A DNA stretch of 64,000 bases from Vitrella brassicaformis CCMP3155. Taxonomy: Eukaryota > Protista > Chromerida. The number at the start of each line of letters is the position of its first letter. The first letter of the stretch is position 1. The notes under the pieces are model-generated. The model was given only the letters and a program-made list of their open reading frames with translations, was not told where the DNA came from and searched no databases. The position numbers and the translations under genes are program-made. This document shows positions 24,537 to 37,599 of this stretch, piece by piece. Location of the stretch: positions 1 through 64,000 of the forward strand of contig CDMY01000292.1 of NCBI GenBank assembly GCA_001179505.1, written 5' to 3'.

Positions 24537-25173
24537 CTACCTGCTGTGCGTCGCTCTGTGGGCGGATGAAGAGTGTATTGCATTGGCGAGGAATCGGACG
24601 AGCTGACGCCAACCAGCTGACGGAGCATTCGTACTCGGGTCTCGAAATCGTGGAGCGACCCCTGGACGAACCGCTGGCGGTCGCCACACGCCAACTCACC
24701 GACCATCACACCCCTCTGCACATGGGCGTAGGAGGCCTTCCCCTCTGGACGGGAGCGAGCGAGGGGAAGGGCCTGAGGCCTTGGCCTGAGGTTTCGCCTG
24801 CGGTCACGAGCGAAAAGGAAAAGGAAGGCGCATCTGCGGGCAATCTGCGGGCTGGTTGATGCAAGAAAAAAAAGATCGAGCATCTTGTCCCCCCGCCCAG
24901 CTTTCTTCCGTCCGGCGGTGGGGGAGTCGTTGTCGTCGTTGTCGTCGTTGCCAGGGGGATTTATGGGATGACGCGGAGAAAAAGAAAGAAAGCCGTCTCT
25001 CGTCCAGATTTCTCGACACTTTTTTGCGAGCTCATTTCAAGGGAATTGCTGGAAGGCCACAGAAGGCCAGCAGCCGATGGGTGAGTAGAGGCATTCACAC
25101 CTCCTCTGGATGAATCCAAAGACTGTGTTTCTTTCGGTGTGATGTGTTGCTTTCCTTTCAGGCGGGGGAGATC

Positions 25174-28100
25174 ATGTCTGGCGGGCAGAGCAACGCCGCC
25201 CCGATCCTGCTGGATACGCCATCGCAGTCGGAGCATGAGCATGAGTCATCGCAGGAAGGCCGCAACAACAAAGGCAGAAAACAGGTCAGACCGATTGGAT
25301 GGATGGATGGATCAGATATCTCCGGCCGTGTGTTGTGGGTGGAGACGAGATCCATCCATCAGTGGCGCACATGTGTGGTCCGTCTGTAGGCTGCTGAGGG
25401 TAGTCGTGTTGGTGCTGCCAGTGGTGCTGCGGTGGCGGCAGTAGCTGCTCCTGCTGCTGCTGCCGATGAGAGCAAGGCAAAGCCGAGATGGTGGGAGCAG
25501 GTGAGCATTCACACACACTACACACGATTGGCGCCTCAAGATGGTGGTGTGGTTCTCTGCCTGGCAGCCCGCCCCGCCTGCTGCCATTCCAAAGATCGAT
25601 GACATCGACGACCTAGAGCTGGGTGATGATGACGCACATGACGCACTCGCAATGCAGGTACGGTGACACACACACACACACACACACTCATGCGAAGGAG
25701 CACACTTGTCGTTTCGTTCTGTGTGTCATATGGTGTGATCAGGTGGACGTCCCACCTCCCCTATTTCTCAACGGCAGAAAGGTCGCTCGCTGGGCGAGTC
25801 GAGTGCCACACACACGTGGATCGTGGTGTTGGCACATGTGTGGTGTGGATGTGTGTGTCAGGGAGGTGGCAATGAGGCCAACAGCAAGCAGAAGGTGAGG
25901 CGGCGGCGAAGGAGGGACGAGGACGACCCCACACAAGACAAGCTACCCATTCACAAGCTGCTAGAGCAGCCAACGGTCAGACAGCTGTCAGCCACACCGG
26001 GGCATCCATCCACACCCACACACCCATGTGTAGGTGTGTGTTCTTCACAACAGGATGATGCGGCGCGTGCAGGATGGCTCCGTCGGATACGGCGCAGGTT
26101 GATCAAGACTGAGGCGATGCTCACCAAGTACCAGTGGGAGCGAATGCAGATCCTCGCTGCCGTCAACCAGTAACCAACCCATTGCCCCACACCCCCACAC
26201 ACAAGTGTATACCATGAGCGTCTGTGTGTGTGTGTGTAAGGGTGCCTGTGGATGAGGTGAGCGGCCTCTTCCCCCGGTCGCCCTTCCACCAGCTGCCGAC
26301 GAGGGAGCGGAGGATTGACGACGGCATGAGGCGCAACGGTATGGGTGGTGGAAGGATGGAACCGTATCTGATATACATATCCCTTGCTTCTCCGTCTGTG
26401 GGTGTGTTGGCGGCTGTCAGCCATAGCTCTCCCAGATGCAGAGGGGCGGCGAGATGACAATGGTGGCGGCGGTGCTGGCATCATGATGCCATCGGGTCGC
26501 GAGCCCGCGTTGCCCGCGTCCATGTGGCACCTCACACATGGTACAATCACCCACCCAATGCACACAGACACATAATAGAGATGCGTGTGTGGTCTTTCTC
26601 GACCAGGCCGTGTGGCCCCCCAGTGTGACGACGCTGCCCTTTTCGCCACGCCCCCGGAGCCACAGCCACAGCCACGGCCACAGCATACCATATCATCCGA
26701 ACCGCACAGAGACAGTAGCAGACGTACGCCCCCTTGCCCCCAATTCCCTACCCATCCACCCAATGCACGTGTGTGCGCGTGTGTGTGTGTGTGTGTGTGT
26801 TTAGCGATGGCTTTCAGCCAGTCGTCCCACCAAGGTGATGGGTTTGAGGAGATGGTGGTCATCGGGGGGTCCAGCGGGGCCAAGGTGGCGCCGCCACTCA
26901 TGACCACCAGAAAACACAGACACAGAGAGGTCAGTCGGCGAGCCAGAGGGAGAGGGGGAGAGGGAGAGGGAGGTACCTCCTCCAGCCCTTCCCCCATCTG
27001 TCTGTCTGTCTGTCTGTGTGTGTGTGTGTGTGTGTGTGAATGTGTGTGCCTGTGGCTTTGTGTGCAGAGGAGCCGTGGCCATTCTGGTCAGTCTGCTTCT
27101 GCACACGACAATCCGGACAAGGATGCCCACGACAGACACGAGCCACATCCACCCCAACCACCACCACCAGCGCCACCACCACCAGCACCGCACCCTGTAG
27201 ATGTAGACATGGACATGGTCGAGAATGTCGGTGGTCAAGAAGAACAGCAGGAGCCGGCCGCTGCAGCAGCAGCGGCAGCTTCAGGAGAGCCACATGAGCC
27301 CCGAGGGCCACGTGAGTCTCTGCCGCTGCCGGCGTTGTTCGACCAGATGTTCTCGCCGCCCGACCCCACACAGACACAGATCGACGGACCAGCAGCAGGA
27401 GGGGCAGGGGCGTTCCCGCCCCTCTGGCCGCTCAACCGCGACAATGACAACGGGTGGGTCAGCACAGTGCACAGACAGACAGATGGGCAACGGGCAGATG
27501 GGCTTTGGTTGTGTTCAGGCCATCACAGGAGGGAGGCGGAGAGAGAGAGGCTGGCGATGAAAGGTCAGTCAGTTCAGGAAATCTTTTGGCTGGCGATGAA
27601 AGGTCAGTCAGTTCAGGAGATCTTTTTTTTTTTCATGATTCCTTACTTGGTGTGTCTGTCTGTTGACAACAACAGCAACGGGGTAGAGGTAGAGATGGAT
27701 CATGATGCGGCAATGGGTGAGATGGGTGAGATGGGTGGTGGTGACGCTATGGGCGATGCCGGTGGTGACCCGCACGCTACCATCCCCATCCCTATTGATG
27801 ACGATGACGGTGATGACCACGACGACAACCATAGAGACGACGGCAGAGGCCTGCACACAGACAGAGACGAGCAGATGCCGGTGGGTGGGCCGCAAGGCAA
27901 ACATCTGGCACACGATTCAATGCCCTTGTCTTGTTCCTACTGTCCACTCTCTATGTCAGGGTGGCCGCAATGGTGGCCGACGTGATGGTGATGGGCTCGA
28001 CTTGGATCTAGACATGGATGAGGATCATGAGGATCTTGAGGAGAACGAGGAGGAGGACGTTGACGCCACATCCTTGGGGATGCACTTGCCCACACACACA

Positions 28101-31100
28101 GCTGACCCTGATGTGAGCGCACACACACATCCCCCTCCCCCCTTTCCCCCCCTCTCTCTCCCACCGCCCATTCATCATGGTGTCATGCGATGCATCAGGT
28201 GTGGATAGGGTGCTGTCCGTTGTGGTTCCGGCGTCACCAGCCCTCCTATGAGGACCAGTTCAGGGATATCGCCGGCAGAGAGAGAGACGAGGTAGGGTGG
28301 GCAAAGAGAGACAGATGGGCCATTACACACACACACACACACCCAGCCACATTTGCCCCGTCTCTGTCTGTCTGTCTGTGTCTATGTGCGTGTCAGCTGG
28401 TGTGCACGCTGCCCGCCTTGATGGACGAGCAGGCCCGGCTGTCTGCCGAGGGCGACGGCGTGTCTGCGCGCATCTACGAGATCTGGATCGCCTACGTCAC
28501 CAGAATGATCGACGAAACGGTGAACTCGGGCACGAGAAGAGACGAGAGGAGGTCACGGATGGGCACATGAGTGTGATGAAAATTGTAGGAGGAGCGGGCC
28601 GCTGCAGAGGCATCGTCGGCCTCTGCTGCTGCCGCTGCTGCTGCTGCTGCTGCTGCCGGTGAGTGAGGGATGCACACCCACACAGACACATGGATGGACG
28701 AATGGCCCGTTTCTCTCCCTCTCTCTCTGTGTGTGTGTGTGTGTATGTCAGCTGCGCCCCCAGCAGGGCCACCAGCACCAGAGCCACCAGCACCAGCAGC
28801 AGCTGCAGCAGCGGCAGTATCGTCCCCGCCCCCTCCACCAAACAACGCAGCTGCTGCTGCTGCTGACAACGGTACCCACAGACTCACCGTCCGATAAACA
28901 CGTGAAGCGTGCAACGTGTCTGTCCGGTGTCATCTATCTATGTGTGCAGGCGGAATGGGGCAGGGGCCGGGCACACTGACCGATGAGACAGGTCGGTGAG
29001 AGGGCGAACGTGATCCGCACTCACAAAGGCAATGCACAGACTGCTGTTGTTCTGTTCTGTCTGCTTGTGCAGAGGTGATCCCATCTCGCCCCGACACACA
29101 GCCGCCCTCTCCCTCACCAGCAGCTGCTGCAGCAGCAGCAGCATCGCAGAACAACGATATTGCTGATGACGACGGCGATGAGCCGATAGACCTTACCCAA
29201 GTGAGAATGGACAGCGAGAGGGAGGGAGGAAGGGAGGGAGAGAGGGGGAGAGATTGGGGGGAAGCCGCGCATCCCATCTCATCCACAGCCACGATCACAT
29301 GGGGGTTTGACATATGGACCTGCAGGACTCTCCCCCCCTGGCGATTCCGCCCCCATTGGTGTCGCGCATCCCACTGGCTGAGAGGCTGGCGCAGCGGAGG
29401 GGAGGCGGCACCAACACAAACAATAGCCATAGCAATGGTATGCCCATTGGCACTCTTGTGGAGTGGCTGGCTCTCTTTCTCCCTCTCCCTCTGTGTGTCT
29501 GTGTGTGTGTGTGTGTGTGTGCGTCAGCCCCCCCGCCCCTTTTCGATGCCGACGACGCTCCGCCAGGCACCCACAGACACGCACAGATACTCCCCCATCC
29601 TTCAACACGTCTGTCTGTCTGTCTGTCTGTCTGTCTGCAGGCCCCCCTCCCGCCTTCTCCGCCCATCCTCAGTCGTCACAGCACGGTGCTGCTGGTGGTG
29701 GTGACGCCTCGCAATCCCAATCCCAATCCCAATCGCAGTCACAGAGGGAGAGGGAGAGAGCGCCACCACGAGCCCCCCCACCACCACCCCCACCAGCAGC
29801 AGCACCACCGCCACCGCCACCAAAAGGCCACAACAACGCCCCCAGACGCAGCCCATACCAATCTCAAGACCACCCACAAGGCACCTACGCAGAAAGAGCG
29901 CGACAAGCGGCGCGCAGAGAAATGATGGAACATGCACACGCCGAGCTCGACGGTGACGGTGATGATGACGATTTCGAGCCTCAGAGGAGGCCCTCTGCGC
30001 GCGCAGAGGGCCGTGCCGAGAGGCTGGAGGCCGTCTTCGACAGCGACGATTCGGATGAGGACATGTGCACACAACAGGAGGGTGGCAGGGGTGGTGGAAA
30101 GGGGTCGCAGAGTGCCAGTGCCAGCCAGTCTGCCAGCGCATCGGCATCGGCATCGGCATCGGCATCGGCTGCTGCGGCTTTTGCGTCATCTTCACAGCAC
30201 TCTCAGGGTTGGTGGGGGGTGGACGCGGAGAGATCTGTGTCCATGACCGAGTGATTCGTGTGCGTGTGTGTGTGTGTGTGTGTGTAGGTCCTGCACAGCA
30301 CAAGCGGAAGCAGCAGGGGGCAGGCGGGGCGAAACCCAAGAGGCTCAGAAAGAACCAGCCTGTGTCAGGNNNNNNNNNNNNNNNNNNNNNNNNNNNNNNN
30401 NNNNNNNNNNNNNNNNNNNNNNNNNNNNNNNNNNNNNNNNNNNNNNNNNNNNNNNNNNNNNNNNNNNNNNNNNNNNNNNNNNNNNNNNNNNNNNNNNNNN
30501 NNNNNNNNNNNNNNNNNNNNNNNNNNNNNNNNNNNNNNNNNNNNNNNNNNNNNNNNNNNNNNNNNNNNNNNNNNNNNNNNNNNNNNNNNNNNNNNNNNNN
30601 NNNNNNNNNNNNNNNNNNNNNNNNNNNNNNNNNNNNNNNNNNNNNNNNNNNNNNNNNNNNNNNNNNNNNGAGAGAGAGAGAGAGAGAGACATATGTGTGT
30701 GTGTGTGTGTGTGTGTGTCAGGTTACTGCCCTGCTCGGTTTGAGGACATTGAGTGGGCCAAGCTGGACGACCACATTCTCAAGGAATGGCTCCTTCACTT
30801 CGGAAGAAGCGTACACCCTCCCTCCCCCCCCAACACACACACACACGGCATGTGTGTGTGGATGTTCAGACGTCCGCGATGAGCCGCAGTGCGATGATCG
30901 GCTGGCTGGAGGGCCTCGCCGCCTACGTATTAGACAGCACAAGGCCCGAGGACTGCACGAGGGACCCAAACCGGACAAGCGCTGCCGCTGCCAATGGTAC
31001 GTCAGCTGTGCCCGTGGACAATGGGATCTCTCGCCCCTCATGTGTTGTGTGTGTAGGTGGTGGTGGTGGTGGTGGTGGCGGCAGGAAGGGCCACAACAAG

Positions 31101-31586
31101 AAAAAGGAGACTGAGGAGGAGTTGTTCAAGCGGATGAGGGAGGCCATCCAGAGCAACAAGGACCTCTACGAGAAGGTGCGGTCCGCTCCGTCGCACAACA
31201 CACGATTGCCTTGCCACCCATCTGTGTGTGTGTGTGTGTGTGTGTCGGGAGCAGCTGCTGGTGGGCGAGGTGGTTGAGCTGACGGACATACACAATTTCC
31301 TCACACAAGGTGGGTGGGTCTGTGGGCAGGCAGACACCTCTCCCTCTCTATATATACCTCTCTGTGTGTGTGTGGCAGAGTGCGGCGTCAAGGTCGATCT
31401 GCTCAAGGTCCGCAAATTCCTCGACGGCGAGGGCGCCATGGTACATTTCGACCACACACTCACACACCCCTCCCTCCCCGATAGAGACCCATCTGCTGTC
31501 GGTCTGTCTGTCTGTCTGTGCAGGTTGCCCAGAAGTGGTCGCAGAGGGATGACGGCCACGGCCATAGGCGGCAGTGGTGGGGGTGA
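25174..31586 (+). CDS. SLX4: SLX4-like structure-specific endonuclease scaffold (low-complexity N-terminus, SAP motif, C-terminal SLX1-binding domain), multi-exon, spans a gap
   Basis: SAP-like PARFEDIEWAKLDDHILKEWLLHFG..MSRSAMIGWLEGLAAY (30722-30930). C-terminal ELFKRMREAIQSNKDLYEK/LLVGEVVELTDIHNFLTQ/ECGVKVDLLKVRKFLDGEG (31100-31440) resembles the SLX4 coiled-coil/SBD pattern Y..IL.YEP..L.EL...L...G......L..FLD..G. The 5' extent is tentative. Confidence 0.7.
27549..27626 (+). repeat. 39-bp tandem duplication (2 copies), probably intronic
   Basis: ggctggcgatgaaaggtcagtcagttcaggaaatctttt repeated with one mismatch. Confidence 0.85.
30370..30669. other. Assembly gap (300 N)
   Basis: Run of N. 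Confidence 1.
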
Positions 31587-32107
31587 GGGGTCGACCATGT
31601 GATTGTGGGTGGGGGTAGATTGACACATGCTCATGAACCAGACCTAGCTAGAGGATTAGTGTGTTCCCGTCTATGTGTGTGCGTCATGCCATAAGTGTGG
31701 TGAATGAATGATGGAAACCCTGACTGAAGGAATCCAGGACAAACCGACGTTGTTTACGACCAACTACAACTGCAACCGAGAGAGACACTCAATGCGATAG
31801 ACGCGAGAAGAGAAGAAGGTCCACACACACACGTGCTGTGCTCATGCGATTGCAAAATTGAATGAGTGCGTCCCGTCCATCAGTCTCTTTAATTGGCCTA
31901 TATGGTCCTCCATCCATCTAAACGCAATCACACTCATCTCATGCACCTACAGTCAGTAAGGTAAGAAAAAAACACACTCATCGGCTTTGGCAAAAGAAGA
32001 AAAAGTTATCCATTCCACTTCGTGAATGAATGCTCTCAGCCCATTCATTCAACCCATCACAGTCAGCCCCCCTTCAGCATACACACACACACACACACAT
32101 CTGTCCC

Positions 32108-33157
32108 TCACCCCACCACCGTCCCTCTGTTGATAACGTCATTCTCGAGGCTGAAGTTCCGCAGCACGGCACGCCAGCAGGGCATCGATGTGGGGAAGCG
32201 GACGTCGAACGATTGAGGCCGATCGCCAACAGACCGCTCGGTCGTCCACAGAGTGATGTCGTTGGCGTCGCCGGCTGTCACCTGCAGATAGGCAGCGACG
32301 GTCTCGTTGGGCTGGAAGCCGCTCACAATAACAAAACGATGGTCGTCAGGGTTGGCATGATTCAGGTTGCCCGCGTCGTCGTCCCGGGAGTCCACAGCGA
32401 CGCCCTGCTGCTCGGTGATGGCCTCAGTCAGCAGACGGCGATAGCGGGGATCATTGTGGTTGATGGGAGCCTGCAGCACCAGCCTCTCGCCCACCCCCTC
32501 CTCCTGGCACCACGACACGAGCAGCGTGTCTAGGAGAAACGATGAGGAGGAGGGGTAGAGACAGTTTCCCTGTCGGATGACGGGATCGGTCGTCTGGTAG
32601 CCGGTAGCGTAGTCATTGCCGTGAGGCAGGTCACTCAGCTGCACCACACCGAACGACACGTTGCCGATCCGATAAGCACCGTTGCCGGCTTGCTGCAGCG
32701 CCAGGCTCTGTCCCTGGGAGGTGAGCATGTGGCCGAATAGGCGGTAGATGGCCATGGCTAAGGGCAGCTGATGGAAGGCCGTCTTGTTGGGGAGGTTGGC
32801 CATCAGCCACTGAGCCGACAGCACCAGCGGCAGCCCAGTGGCCGGCGTCATTCGATAGATGGCGGCGAGGCGGATGAAGACCACACCGACCCGACGCCAC
32901 TCCTGGCTGCTGCCCTGCTCCAGCACATAGGCCACTCGCAGCACATACGTCAATGAGAGGGGGGCCGTGCGGTCGATGTCGATGAGGCCGGTAAGTATGA
33001 GGCGGGCGAGGGACGCGTCGATGCGCTCCACCAGCACACCAGCCGTCACCAGAGCCGACTTCGCCCGGCAGGTGGCTCGCACACAGACGAGCTCATGGAC
33101 GAGGAGGGAGGGGAGAATGCGCCTGCGCCACACCTCATCGGGCGCCGAATCAGACAT
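32108..33157 (-). CDS. Intronless lineage-specific family protein, subtype A (F-box-like N-terminus plus shared unknown domain), about 349 aa
   Basis: Single open ORF. N-terminus MSDSAPDEVWRRRILPSLLVHELVCVRATCR is near-identical to the 52160 copy, and the C-terminal domain is shared with the 45340 and 60801 copies. Confidence 0.85.
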   Translation of the reverse strand: MSDSAPDEVWRRRILPSLLVHELVCVRATCRAKSALVTAGVLVERIDASLARLILTGLIDIDRTAPLSLTYVLRVAYVLEQGSSQEWRRVGVVFIRLAAIYRMTPATGLPLVLSAQWLMANLPNKTAFHQLPLAMAIYRLFGHMLTSQGQSLALQQAGNGAYRIGNVSFGVVQLSDLPHGNDYATGYQTTDPVIRQGNCLYPSSSSFLLDTLLVSWCQEEGVGERLVLQAPINHNDPRYRRLLTEAITEQQGVAVDSRDDDAGNLNHANPDDHRFVIVSGFQPNETVAAYLQVTAGDANDITLWTTERSVGDRPQSFDVRFPTSMPCWRAVLRNFSLENDVINRGTVVG

Positions 33158-33336
33158 CGCCACTCATCAATCAGCACATGGCACCGCCTCTCACTGACTC
33201 GAGGAAGATCTGCGAGCTAAGACACGATGCAAGGATCGCTGCCGGCGGCCTTTCCATTTCCCGTGGCCCGTGCAACATCTTGGAAGGCCGTGGTTCATCT
33301 TCATTAGAGATATCGTGAAGTGATCCATTTGAAACC

Positions 33337-33947
33337 ATGAGTCAGCAGCGGAAGACGGCCCGTCTCGTCGTCTCTCTTCTCGCAGCCCTCTCCCTCGCCA
33401 ATGCCTTCGTCCGGCCCGCTGGGCCTCCGCTGCTGACCCGAATGAGGCCACTCAGCCACACAGCCCGCCGCTGCTGGTTCGATAGTGGCCTGAGGGAGGA
33501 GGTGAAGCGGCTGACGAAGCAAGTCGGTGAGCTCCATGACACCAACTTGACGAAGGACGAAGTGGAGGAGCTGCGTGGGATGAAGGAGAGACTGGATGAG
33601 GGGCACGAGCTGAGGGAGACCGTTTTGAACGCGACGGTGGGGCGCATGCGAAAGTATTGCGATACGAGTGACGAAGAGATGACGAGGCTGGCGGACAGGC
33701 TGAACGAGGCACAGGAGCTGAGGGAGACCATTTTGAACACGGTGGTGGGGCGCAATCGAAAGTATATCGATACAGGGAGCGTGAGATGACGGCGCTGGCG
33801 GACAGGCTGAATGAGTTGTGTGACGACCTGAGCGATACCGAAGACAACCTGAGTACGCTTGTAGAAACGCTCGTGAAGAAGGGAGTCATTGAGAGCGACG
33901 ACCTACCTTATTCGCTCTCAAGAATGCTTGAGAGCGATGACGAATAA
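33337..33947 (+). CDS. Putative plastid-targeted coiled-coil protein with a 36-aa tandem repeat; 1-nt frameshift near 33782 (pseudogene or sequence error)
   Basis: Signal peptide ending LSLANA-F followed by a basic transit-like segment. The 108-nt repeat (ELRETVLNATVGRMRKYCDTSDEEMTRLADRLNE) has one base missing in its second copy (agc gt gag atg vs gac gaa gag atg). The restored frame runs to TAA at 33945-33947. Confidence 0.65.
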
Positions 33948-36221
33948 GACGACATTCGTGAGAAGCACAAGAATGTTTGAGGGCGTAGACGGATACAACA
34001 GATGCAGACAAAGGGAGGAGGGCAGGCAGCCACTGCGGCAGGCTGTTGTGTGTTCGGCTGATGTTGAGCTGTATCCTAGCTGGTCTCTGGCAGTGGGTGG
34101 GTCGGTATGTGCATTGGTGAGCAGGATGGTTGAGAGACAGACAGACAGACAGGCACATTCATCGCATAGACAGGCAAATGGTACATGGCCGCTTCAAGAT
34201 CACTACCAATATAAGCAACAAAGCTTGCGCATCCAATCACGTACGGACAAAGACACAGAGACACACATACACACCCGCAAGAGCCAATCAATCTGTATGT
34301 GCTGCTCTTCTCGCCAATTAGTTCACGCCTCACTGACCCACCGCCATTGGGCAGGGCGCATCTGGGCAGTCGGCCTCGATCTGCAGGGTACGGCCCCTGG
34401 CAGGACGGCGGGTTGTAACATATCCCATCAATCAATCTGCAGGCAGGATAACAGGCAAGTGACACAGAGGAAGCAAACATGCTTTCTTTGTTTCTCCTGT
34501 GTGTCTGTGTGGTTCTCACTTGGCGGCTTCTGACATTTCAGTGAAGAGCTTGCGGCAGGCCAACTGCAACAGTGTGGACAGCGACGTGGATGGGGGCATG
34601 TCATGAGAGCTGTGTGGTGTGAAGGGTGAAGTCAGCCATTTGGACATGAGTATGAATTTGAATCGACAACACTCACGCACACGAACATGGCGGCCATGCC
34701 ATGCATTCGTGGAACATCCTCTACGTATGTGCCTCTCGCAGACGGCAATGAATGGGGCCAGGTCGGTCAGCGCTGCGCTGCGCTATCTACCCTCCACCCT
34801 CCACTTCATCTTCGTGTTGTCCTTCCTCCATATGCACCGCACCTGACACGTCAGTCAGTCCATGCATCCACAACCCTCACAATGGACCCATGCGTGTGTG
34901 TTCCGCCCATCTCACCCTTCTCCATTATCCGCTGCTCATGCTGCTGCTACTGGCCATCGCCCGACTCATCATCCCACTCGCCATCCACATCTGCACACAC
35001 ACACAGAAGGCATGCACACACCCAAGTGAGACCAAACAAGACCGGCTGGACGCAACACACACACATCTTTTGACTGTGGGCGTTGACCTGCTTCTTGTGT
35101 CGACAGTACAGAGACAGCGATATAGAAGAGAGAGGCCTCTTCAGAAGTGGGCAGGCTCTTCTCGTTGACTTGTGTCTGTATGTCTATCAGGCACTATGAC
35201 GTCGGTCCGCGCGGCCTTTTCTCTCTTCCGGTTGGCCCCGCCTGCACACAGATAAACACGTGCAGTCCACTGCTGCCCGTCGGTGCTGTAGCGTAGCTCA
35301 CGGGACAGCCAGCAGCTCGATGAGCACTCCGACACACTGAAATGAAGCCGATCGAAGGACACGAAGTCAGGCTGTCTGTAGGTGGCAGACTGCCCGCAGC
35401 ACCCCCTCCCTTTTGACGGGTCCTCTCCCCTCTCGTCACCGCCAGGGGTCGGCCCCTTCTCCGGCTCGTGCTACTGCTGCTGCTGCTGCTGCTGCTGGCC
35501 TGCATTGCGACGCCTGGTCGACGCAGCAGCGCCATCGTCATGCAGAAGATCGCTGCTGTGCAGGAGCGTGTTCCGTTTGATGATGAAGGGGCGGAGGACG
35601 CGACGGTGAAACACTACAGCACGCGGCACCCGGTGTTGCGCGAAGGCCTACAAAGACAGACAGACATACAGACACACGGAGATAGCGAGGCAGAGCAGTT
35701 GGTGCTTGGTTGCCCACCCAATGAGCTGATTCATTTCCGCACGATCCTCCTCCCGGCGCCGTTCTATACACTCCATTGCACATCTCGGCTACCTCCTCCC
35801 CCTCCCTCTTCTCCCACTCCTCTGAGCCTTCCTCTTAGGGATCTAAGGACAGGACCCAAGCAAGAAACACGCGTGAGTTATTCATGTGTGTGCTCTCTGC
35901 TGGGCGTTGCTGCGCCGAGTTTCCCATGCTGCTCTGAATTAACACCATCACAGCCGCGAAGAACAGTCAGGGCCTTCTTTGCAAGCTCAGCGTTGCAAGA
36001 GATCTCCGATCGCGCAACGAAGGCAGCTGACTGGGCAGCCCTGCACGATGGATCTTGAAAGCTGCAGAAGAAGACGTCAGCGCCGCAGCGTCATTGCGTG
36101 AAGTGGGCATGTGAGAGGAGATCCGCATTTTGCTGCGTGTGGACTCCTTCCTGTTTGTGGCCACAGGCAATTTCTCAAGTCGGTGACCGATCTCTCGGAC
36201 GCACGCCGCGCCATTTGCCCG

Positions 36222-37599
36222 ATGAGCCACAAGGTTTCGGAGAAGTTCGCAGCGGAGCTGCTCGGCACGTATGGTAAGCCAGAGCAGCCGGATGAGTGCT
36301 TGAATGCCTGGTGGCTGATCCGCATGGCAGGTTTGATGCTCACCATAGGTAGGGAGGAAGAGGCATTAAGACCGACTGCAGCTCCAGCTCTCCTTCGTGG
36401 GCGACTGGCTGGTCAACTGTCTGTCCACAGGGCTGAACGCCGTTCAGGGGAATCCATCGGGGCCTATCGCTGTCGGTCAGGAAGGGGAGCGTACACCCAT
36501 CACTCAGCTAGCCGAAGGGTCTGCTGTTTTGTGGCCGTGGTGTATGTGTGTGCGCAGGGGCCATACTTGTGAACATGTAGAACACTGCTTCAGATGAACG
36601 GACACTGCACATAGAACACACACAGGTCACAGGTTCAGAAGCGTTTATTGCTCCCTTTTTTTGTTTTTTCTCCTCACCGCAAGGATATACATGTTTGGAT
36701 CAGTGTCGAGTACGCTTAGCAAACAAGCAACACACGCTGCCATCGATATCGCCCCTTTTCTGTTTGTGTCAGGGGCGCAGTTCAATCCCTCGGTGACGCT
36801 GGCGTTCCTGACGCTGAGCCGAAAACTCATCACCGCCCACGAGGCTCTGTTGATATGGCTGGCAGAGTTCCTCGGCGCATCCCTCGCCGCCGTCACCTTC
36901 TACCTCCTCACACCCAAGCCCGGCTCGGTGCCGCTGTTTGAGTTCAATGGCGCGTCCGCATGCTTCGAGGTTATTTGGACGGCGATCCTCGTGCTGGTCA
37001 TTCTCAACATCAACACGTGCCAGGCCGACTCGAAGCTCAGCGGCGGCTTCTTCAATGGTGGTGCGATCGCCCTCACAGTCGTGGCAGCTGCGTACTCAGC
37101 AGGTCAGTGAGGGAATGAGTGCATCGATTCCTTGTTCCTGCCTCATGGATGTGCTGGTGGTGTGGCGCGTGCAGGCTCGATCGCGCCGGCGTATCTGAAC
37201 CCCTGTGTGACATTCGGCATCGCTGTGGCCCACCTGATCGGCACCGGGGGCACCGACTCGACCGCCACGCGGCTGTTCGGCTTCATGGCCGTCCAATTCG
37301 CGGCTTCGATCCTGGCGGTGGTCATCTTCTCGTTCACCAATGGTGCTCGCGAGCTGAGGGCGAAGCCGCCCCAGGCTGAGAAGCAAGACAAAGAGGTCTA
37401 TCATGCTGAAAAGGAGAGGGTTGGCGGCCCTCACAAGGTTTTCTGCCTTCATCCTTGTGAACCGCCCTCTGCGGCTGAGCCGTGTGAGGGCCCGTGCTGC
37501 CCTTACCCCTGCTTCAGTGGCGTGCGTGTGCACATGCCCATGGGCGTGGGCGTTTTTGCTGCAAAGGACGACAGCACCAAGGCGCTAATGACGGTGTGA
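36222..37599 (+). CDS. Aquaporin / MIP channel, multi-exon, with NPS and NPC signature motifs
   Basis: KFAAELLGT (TM1), SGAQFNPSVTLA, IWLAEFLGASLAA, CFEVIWTAILVLVIL, GGAIALTVVAAAYSAG/SIAPAYLNPCVTFG, FMAVQFAASILAVVIF. Confidence 0.92.

Noticed and set aside
34750-36060. Possible gene upstream of the aquaporin (ORFs 34752-35168, 35468-36058, 35194-35541)
   Set aside because: Overlapping candidate frames on both strands, with no recognisable motif and no consistent splice chain.
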